Shown here one piece after another: positions 58,202 to 64,000 of a stretch of 64,000 bases of DNA. Where the stretch lies: the NCBI GenBank assembly GCA_024278215.1, contig JAJRTR010000204.1, forward strand, positions 1 to 64,000, written 5' to 3'. Source of the stretch: a bacterium. Lineage in GTDB: Bacteria; UBP15; UBA6099; JAJRTR01. The translations under genes and the position numbers were made by a program. A model generated the notes under the pieces. It was not told the origin of the DNA, made no database searches, and saw nothing but the letters and a program-made list of their open reading frames with translations. Within the stretch, counting starts at the first letter, position 1. Every line of letters starts with the position of its first letter.

Positions 58202-61165
58202 CTACAGTGCGATATTGCCGTGTTTGCGGCGCGGTCGGTGCTCGCGTTTCGACTGGAGCATGTCCAGCGCGGTGATGATACGCTGGCGTGTGTCGTTCGG
58301 AGCGATAACATCGTCGATGTAGCCGAATTCCGCCGTGATGTAGGGATTGGCGAATTTTTCACGGTACTCGCGTGCGAGTTCGGCGCGTTTGGCTTCGGGG
58401 TCGGCAGCCTCGCTGATCTGTTTTCGCGCAATTATGTTGATCGCGCCGTCGGGGCCCATCACGGCAAGTTCGGCGGTGGGCCATGCGAGGTTGATGTCGC
58501 CGCCCGAGTGTTTCGAGCACATGACGTCGTATGCGCCGCCGTAAGCTTTTCGTGTGATGATCGTGATCTTCGGCACAGTCGCTTCGCAGAAGGCATAGAG
58601 GAGTTTCGATCCGTGGCTGATGATGCCGCCATGTTCCTGGTCTGTGCCGGGCAGGAAGCCGGGCACATCAACGAATGTGACGAGCGGGATATTGAAAGAG
58701 TCGCAGAACCGAACGAAGCGGGCTGATTTGCGCGACGCGCTGATGTTGAGGCAGCCTGCGAGGTAGTTGGGCTGGTTGGCGACGATACCCACGGGGAAGC
58801 CGTTATAGCGGGCGAAGCCGACGACGATGTTCTGCGCGTAGTACTGGGCGACTTCGAGGAATTCGCCGGCGTCGACGGTTTTAGCGATGACATTTTTTAT
58901 ATCGTAAGGGTGGTTCGGATCGTCGGGGAGGATGTCGACGAGGTTTTCGCCGGGTTCGAGAATCGCGTCGCGCGGCTCGGCAAGCGGGGGGTCTTCCATG
59001 TTGTTGGAGGGCATGTATTCGAGCATATAGCGAACGAGGTCGAGACAGTCTTTCTCGGTTGGTGTGACGAACTGAACGACGCCGCTTGTGGAGTTGTGGG
59101 CCATGGCGCCGCCGAGTTCCTCGAAGGAAACTTCCTCGCCTGTCGCGGCCTTGATGACCTGCGGGCCGGTGATGAACATGTGGCTGGTTTTGTCTACCAT
59201 GGCGATGAAGTCGGTCATAGCGGGCGAATAGACCGCGCCGCCGGCGCACGGGCCGAGGATCGCGGATATCTGAGGCACGACGCCTGAGCTGAGCACGTTG
59301 CGGAAGAAGATGTCGCCGTAGCCGGCGAGGCTCGCGACGCCTTCCTGAATGCGAGCGCCGCCGCAGTCGTTAAGCCCGATCACAGGCGCTCCGGCCTTCA
59401 TCGCAAGGTCCATGAGCTTGCATACTTTCTGCGCGTAGCGTTCACCGAGCGCACCGCCGAAGACAGTGAAATCCTGCGAGAAGACGAACACCAGGCGACC
59501 GTTTATGTTGCCGTATCCGCAGGCGACGCCGTCTCCGATCGGCCTTTTCTTGTCGAGCCCGAAATCGCGGCACCTGTGGCGCACAAACCTGTCGATCTCG
59601 ACGAAAGTGCCCTCGTCGAGCAGGTAATCGATTCTTTCGTAGGCGGTCATCTTGCCGCGTTCGTGCTGTTTGTCGATGGCCTTGAGACCGCCGCCGAGTT
59701 TCGCTTCTTCGGACATCGTTTCATAAAGCTTCATTTTTCGCTGGTTGTCCGTGAGAGATTCGTCTTCCTCCTTCTCGGGGAGAGTGATCTCCGGCGCGGG
59801 CCGTTCCGGTTCTTTCTGTTTTTCGAGACGCTTCTTGAAGAAGTCGACGGCGACCTGCGGGAACAGCACATAAGTGAGGACGTCTTCTTCCGACTGTTTC
59901 CACTCTTTGACGGCTTTGCGGGCGGCGGGCAACTCGGGTTTGATGGTCGCGCCGGGCCTGTCGGTGATGGGTTCGATGTCGCCGATTGCTTTTTTGAGCA
60001 GTTTTTTATTTATCTTGCCGGGCGCGCGGCCGTAGAGTCCCTTAAGATAAAGTTTCACTTCCTCGGTGATGATTTTATAGCGCTCGCCGGTCATTACGTT
60101 TATCGTAGCCTGTACGCCGACGATCTGGCTCGAGGGCGTAACGAGTGGCGGGTAGCCGAGGTCTTTGCGCACGCGCGGCACTTCGTCGAGCACTTCGTCT
60201 ATCTTGTCCAGCATATCCTGTTCCTTGAGCTGGTTGACCAGGTTGGAGAACATGCCGCCGGGGATCATGTGCACGAGGATGCCGGTGGAAACGCGCTCGG
60301 ACAGTGGGTTCAGCAGGTCCGCGTAATTCTCACGGACATGTTTGAAGCGGTCGGAAATCTCGACAAGTTTCGCGAGATCGAGGCCGGTGTCGTGTTCCGT
60401 GCCACGGAGCGCGGCGACAGTGGTTTCGGTGGGAGGTTGCGACGTGCCGCCGGAAAGGGGCGAAAGCGCCGTGTCGAGAATATCCACGCCCGCGTCGCAC
60501 GCGGCCATATACGCCATCGGCGCCATGCCGCTTGTGCAGTGGCTGTGCAGATGCACGATGGTGTTGAGCTTTTTCTTTAGCGCTTTTGTCAGTTCATATA
60601 CAGCCTGTGGCGTGATGACACCCGCCATATCTTTTATACATATCGAGTCCGCGCCCAGCTCGTGGAGTTCGGTGGCCGTCTCGACAAACTTCTTTATCGT
60701 ATGCACGGGGCTGACCGTGTATGAGATGGTGCCCTCGCAGTGTGCGCCGACTTTCTTCACTTCGCGCATCGCCACTTCCATGTTGCGCACGTCGTTAAGG
60801 GCGTCAAACACACGGAACACATCCACGCCGTTCTTGTGCGCGAGCTGCACGAATTTTTTCACAACATCGTCCGCGTAGTGTTTGTAGCCGACGACATTCT
60901 GCCCGCGCAGCAGCATCTGCATCGGTGTGTTGGGGCATGCCTTCTTGAATCGGCGTATACGTTCCCAGGGGTCTTCGCCGAGGAACCTGATGCAGGAGTC
61001 GAATGTCGCGCCGCCCCAGGTCTCGAGCGAGAAGAACCCGATTTTATCCATGTCCGAGGCGATGGGCATCATGTCGTCGATCTTCATACGCGTTGCAATC
61101 AGCGACTGGTGCGCGTCGCGGAATATCGTGTCTGTAAGCTGAACTTTTTTGTTTTTCCTTGCCAT
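58202..61165 (-). CDS. Fused pyruvate/oxaloacetate carboxyltransferase (5S/OadA-like) + acyl-CoA carboxyltransferase (12S/PccB-like)
   Basis: N-half has RDAHQSL, WGGATFD, IKDMAG, HSHCTSG and [11 protein letters not shown]-half has [41 protein letters not shown] and KHGNI. Confidence 0.93.
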   Translation of the reverse strand: MARKNKKVQLTDTIFRDAHQSLIATRMKIDDMMPIASDMDKIGFFSLETWGGATFDSCIRFLGEDPWERIRRFKKACPNTPMQMLLRGQNVVGYKHYADDVVKKFVQLAHKNGVDVFRVFDALNDVRNMEVAMREVKKVGAHCEGTISYTVSPVHTIKKFVETATELHELGADSICIKDMAGVITPQAVYELTKALKKKLNTIVHLHSHCTSGMAPMAYMAACDAGVDILDTALSPLSGGTSQPPTETTVAALRGTEHDTGLDLAKLVEISDRFKHVRENYADLLNPLSERVSTGILVHMIPGGMFSNLVNQLKEQDMLDKIDEVLDEVPRVRKDLGYPPLVTPSSQIVGVQATINVMTGERYKIITEEVKLYLKGLYGRAPGKINKKLLKKAIGDIEPITDRPGATIKPELPAARKAVKEWKQSEEDVLTYVLFPQVAVDFFKKRLEKQKEPERPAPEITLPEKEEDESLTDNQRKMKLYETMSEEAKLGGGLKAIDKQHERGKMTAYERIDYLLDEGTFVEIDRFVRHRCRDFGLDKKRPIGDGVACGYGNINGRLVFVFSQDFTVFGGALGERYAQKVCKLMDLAMKAGAPVIGLNDCGGARIQEGVASLAGYGDIFFRNVLSSGVVPQISAILGPCAGGAVYSPAMTDFIAMVDKTSHMFITGPQVIKAATGEEVSFEELGGAMAHNSTSGVVQFVTPTEKDCLDLVRYMLEYMPSNNMEDPPLAEPRDAILEPGENLVDILPDDPNHPYDIKNVIAKTVDAGEFLEVAQYYAQNIVVGFARYNGFPVGIVANQPNYLAGCLNISASRKSARFVRFCDSFNIPLVTFVDVPGFLPGTDQEHGGIISHGSKLLYAFCEATVPKITIITRKAYGGAYDVMCSKHSGGDINLAWPTAELAVMGPDGAINIIARKQISEAADPEAKRAELAREYREKFANPYITAEFGYIDDVIAPNDTRQRIITALDMLQSKREHRPRRKHGNIAL

Positions 61166-61226
61166 TTATGTAATCCTCTTTTCTGCTATTATCACAGCAT
61201 CATTGTATCCGCGCATATATTTCGAT

Positions 61227-61631
61227 CTACTCGCAGATTTCTACAAGTATGCCGCCCGTCGCTTTTGGGTGGATGAAAGCGATTTTCTTATTGTGGGCAC
61301 CGATGCGCGGCTTCTCGTCGATCATCCTCACGCCTGAAGCCATAAGATTTTCGATGACCGATTCGATATTCTCGACAGCGATGGCAATGTGGTGGAGGCC
61401 GTCGCCTTTCTTGTCGAGGAATTTCGAGATGGGGCTGTCGTCGGTCGTCGGCTCGATCAGTTCGATTTTCGCGTCGCCCGTGTCGAGTATCGCGGCCTTC
61501 ACCTTCTGCTCAGCGATCTCCTCGATGCCCTCGAATTCGAGTCCGATTAGGTCTTTATACAATCTGAGCTGCGCGTCGATGCTTTTGACGGCTATGCCTA
61601 TGTGGTCGAGACCGTTTATTTTGTTTGCCAT
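61227..61631 (-). CDS. mce: Methylmalonyl-CoA epimerase
   Basis: DHIGIAV, IELIEP, GLHHIA and FIHPKATGGILVE motifs. Confidence 0.95.
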   Translation of the reverse strand: MANKINGLDHIGIAVKSIDAQLRLYKDLIGLEFEGIEEIAEQKVKAAILDTGDAKIELIEPTTDDSPISKFLDKKGDGLHHIAIAVENIESVIENLMASGVRMIDEKPRIGAHNKKIAFIHPKATGGILVEICE

Positions 61632-61817
61632 GATTATTTCCCCCATTTGATTTTATGTGTAGCTCGTCGAAAAAAAACGGTAGTGGAAGCCGGTGCCGGC
61701 GGTTTCCGGTGTTCCCGGGGGCCGGTCGGGTAACACACAGACTGAACGCTCCCGCGTTCACAACCTTTTCTTTTCGCTACAAACGATTGGTGATTGCCGG
61801 TCCGGTGTCGATTCAAG

Positions 61818-62513
61818 TTACAGATCATTCAATTTAAGTTTCAGTCTTGCGATAGCGTTTGTAATGTCGATGTCCTTGGGACACGCCTCGTTGCAGTTGA
61901 AAATTGTGTGGCACTTCCACGGCCCCTTGCTCGTGTTTATCAGGGCGAGCCGTTCCTTCTGTGCCTGGTCGCGCGTGTCGAATATGAACCTGTAGGCTTT
62001 GAGCAGAGCGGACGGGCCGATATAATCGTCGTCTGCCCAGAACGAGGGGCACGAAGACGTGCATGAAGCACACAGGATGCAGGATGCGGCTTCGTCGATA
62101 AGCTCCTGGTCTTCCGGCCACTGTATCCGCTCGGTGTCCGGTGGCGGCGAATTGTTCACGAAATATGGCATGATCGAGTAGAATCTTTCATAGAAGCGGT
62201 CCAGGTTAACGATGAGGTCTTTCTCGAGCGGGAACGAGCGAAGCGGTTCGACGATGATGTTTTTTCCGACATTCTTTACAAGGGTCTGGCAGGCCAGTCG
62301 GTTCTGTCCGTTTATCGTCATGGCACAGGAACCGCAGATCGCGTGGCCGCAGGAGCGGCGGAAAGCGAGTGTGCCGTCCTGGTGCCATTTTATCTCGTGC
62401 AGGCAGTCGAGCACCGGTGTTTCCGGCTCGGCCTCGACCGTGAAATCCTCGAAGTGAGGCCGCCTGTCCTTTGCAGGGTTGAACCTCTTTATCCTGAAGC
62501 GGATCTTCTGCAT
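61818..62513 (-). CDS. sdhB: Succinate dehydrogenase/fumarate reductase Fe-S subunit
   Basis: SCGHAICGSC, CILCASCTSSCP and CHTIFNCNEACP motifs. Confidence 0.96.
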   Translation of the reverse strand: MQKIRFRIKRFNPAKDRRPHFEDFTVEAEPETPVLDCLHEIKWHQDGTLAFRRSCGHAICGSCAMTINGQNRLACQTLVKNVGKNIIVEPLRSFPLEKDLIVNLDRFYERFYSIMPYFVNNSPPPDTERIQWPEDQELIDEAASCILCASCTSSCPSFWADDDYIGPSALLKAYRFIFDTRDQAQKERLALINTSKGPWKCHTIFNCNEACPKDIDITNAIARLKLKLNDL

Positions 62514-64000
62514 CAGTACTTCCTTTCCTTCGGCTGGTAGCGTGTTATCACCACATCGCGCCAGGCTGTATGTGGTTCTTTGTCTGTTTTAAACAGGAGT
62601 GTATGCTTGAGGAAATTCGCATCGTCGCGTTCGGTGAAATCCACACGCGAGTGAGCGCCTCGACTCTCCTTGCGCTGCATGGCCGAGTAAGCGACCGCGG
62701 CAGCGAAATCGAGCATATTTTTCAGTTCCAGCGCTTCCTGGAGTTCGGTGTTGAACTGTTGCGTTTTGTCGTCAAGCGCGATTTTGTCGTAGTCGGCGGC
62801 GAGTTCGCGGACCTCATCATAAGCCTTCTGCATCCGTTTTTCTTCGCGGTACGCGCCGCAGTTTTCCATCATTGTGCCCTGCATCTTTTCGCGAAGTTCG
62901 GAAATCCTTATGCCGTCCGTTTTCGACAGCAGTTTCTTTATCAGTGCTTCGGTTTTCTTTTCGGGTCCGGCGGGCAGTGCCGGGCGTTGCGCTTCAGCAA
63001 GGTACTCACGCATATCTTTTCCTGTGCGGCGACCGAACACAACAGTGTCCACCAGTGAATTACAGCCGAGCCGGTTCGCGCCATGGACCGATTCGCAGGC
63101 GGCTTCTCCGGCGGCGTAGAGGCCCGGAACCGGCGTGTTGTTTTCGTCGGCGATCACACGTCCCATAGTGTCGGTGGGAACGCCGCCCATCATGTAGTGG
63201 CCTGTGGGCATCACAGGTATCGGGTCCTTCGTGCAGTCGACGCCGACGTAAGTCATGCAGAACTTATAAATTTCAGGCAATTTTTTAAGGATGGCTTCGC
63301 GCCCGATGTGGTGTATCCGGAGATAGACATATTCTTTGCCGTTTATGCCGCGGCCCGCGGCGATTTCGTCATAGATAGCGCGTGAAATAATGTCGCGCGG
63401 GGCGAGGTCTTTCATGTCCGGCGCGTACCTTTCCATGAAGGGCTCGCCTTCGGAATTTATAAGTATGCCGCCCTCGCCGCGCACGCCCTCGGTGATGAGT
63501 ATGCCGAGCGGATAGAGTCCGGTGGGGTGGAACTGCGCGAACTCCATATCCTGGAGCGGTATGCCCGCGTTGAATGCCATCGCGTAGCCGTCGCCAGTGC
63601 CTACATGCGCGTTCGACGTGATCCTGTAGATGCGGCCGCCGCCGCCCGTGGCAATCATTATCGCTGTGCAGTGGAATATGTGCAGTTCGCCCGTTTTCAT
63701 GTCTGCCGCCACCGCGCCGCAGACCGTGCCGCCGTTCAACAGTAGTTCGGTGACGAAGAATTCGCTGTAGTAGTTGACTTTCGCGCGTACGCTCTGCTCG
63801 AACAGCGAGTGCAGGATAACATGGCCGGTGCGGTCGGCGGCGTAGCACGCGCGTGGGTGCGAGTGGCCGCCGAACGGTCGCTGCGCGATCCGGCCTTCGG
63901 GCGTTCGGCTGAACGGAACGCCTATATGTTCGAGTTCATACACGGTCGGTATCGCGTTGTTGCAGAGAATCTCGATCTGGTTCTGGTCGCCGAGATAGTC
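62513..64000 (-). CDS. sdhA: Succinate dehydrogenase/fumarate reductase flavoprotein (5' part outside the window)
   Basis: QRPFGG, QFHPTG, TEGVRGEGG, HYMMGG, HGANRLG, ESRGAH and C-terminal ERKY. Confidence 0.96.
   Translation of the reverse strand, partial: DYLGDQNQIEILCNNAIPTVYELEHIGVPFSRTPEGRIAQRPFGGHSHPRACYAADRTGHVILHSLFEQSVRAKVNYYSEFFVTELLLNGGTVCGAVAADMKTGELHIFHCTAIMIATGGGGRIYRITSNAHVGTGDGYAMAFNAGIPLQDMEFAQFHPTGLYPLGILITEGVRGEGGILINSEGEPFMERYAPDMKDLAPRDIISRAIYDEIAAGRGINGKEYVYLRIHHIGREAILKKLPEIYKFCMTYVGVDCTKDPIPVMPTGHYMMGGVPTDTMGRVIADENNTPVPGLYAAGEAACESVHGANRLGCNSLVDTVVFGRRTGKDMREYLAEAQRPALPAGPEKKTEALIKKLLSKTDGIRISELREKMQGTMMENCGAYREEKRMQKAYDEVRELAADYDKIALDDKTQQFNTELQEALELKNMLDFAAAVAYSAMQRKESRGAHSRVDFTERDDANFLKHTLLFKTDKEPHTAWRDVVITRYQPKERKY

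Overview
This is a gene-dense, mostly housekeeping chromosomal window from a diderm, probably anaerobic bacterium. Diderm evidence includes a TonB-dependent receptor, beta-barrel proteins, LapA and a Tat substrate. No CRISPR array, prophage or transposase was seen. Main highlights: (1) A sigma70 promoter is followed by a P3-less Moco/Wco (molybdenum/tungsten cofactor) riboswitch, a short leader ORF overlapping a terminator, and a three-gene operon: TonB-dependent receptor, TiaS-like GIDDTD enzyme and ECF S-component-like protein. This is a candidate pterin-cofactor uptake/salvage system (1927-5596, minus strand). (2) A single 987-aa ORF fuses transcarboxylase 5S-like and 12S-like domains, in a cluster with sdhAB, mce, birA and bioY. 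(3) A cell-envelope modification region holds two B12-binding radical SAMs, GT-C-like membrane proteins and a membrane-anchored PEP-utiliser kinase. (4) At least three families of short non-autonomous repeats (MITE-like) often end at TAA/TAG stop codons. (5) paaK carries an in-frame TAG, two outer-membrane genes appear to use non-canonical starts (AUU, CUG), and the rpmH-rnpA-yidD-yidC-jag cluster lacks adjacent dnaA and mnmE. All calls come from motif recognition by eye; no database searches were run.
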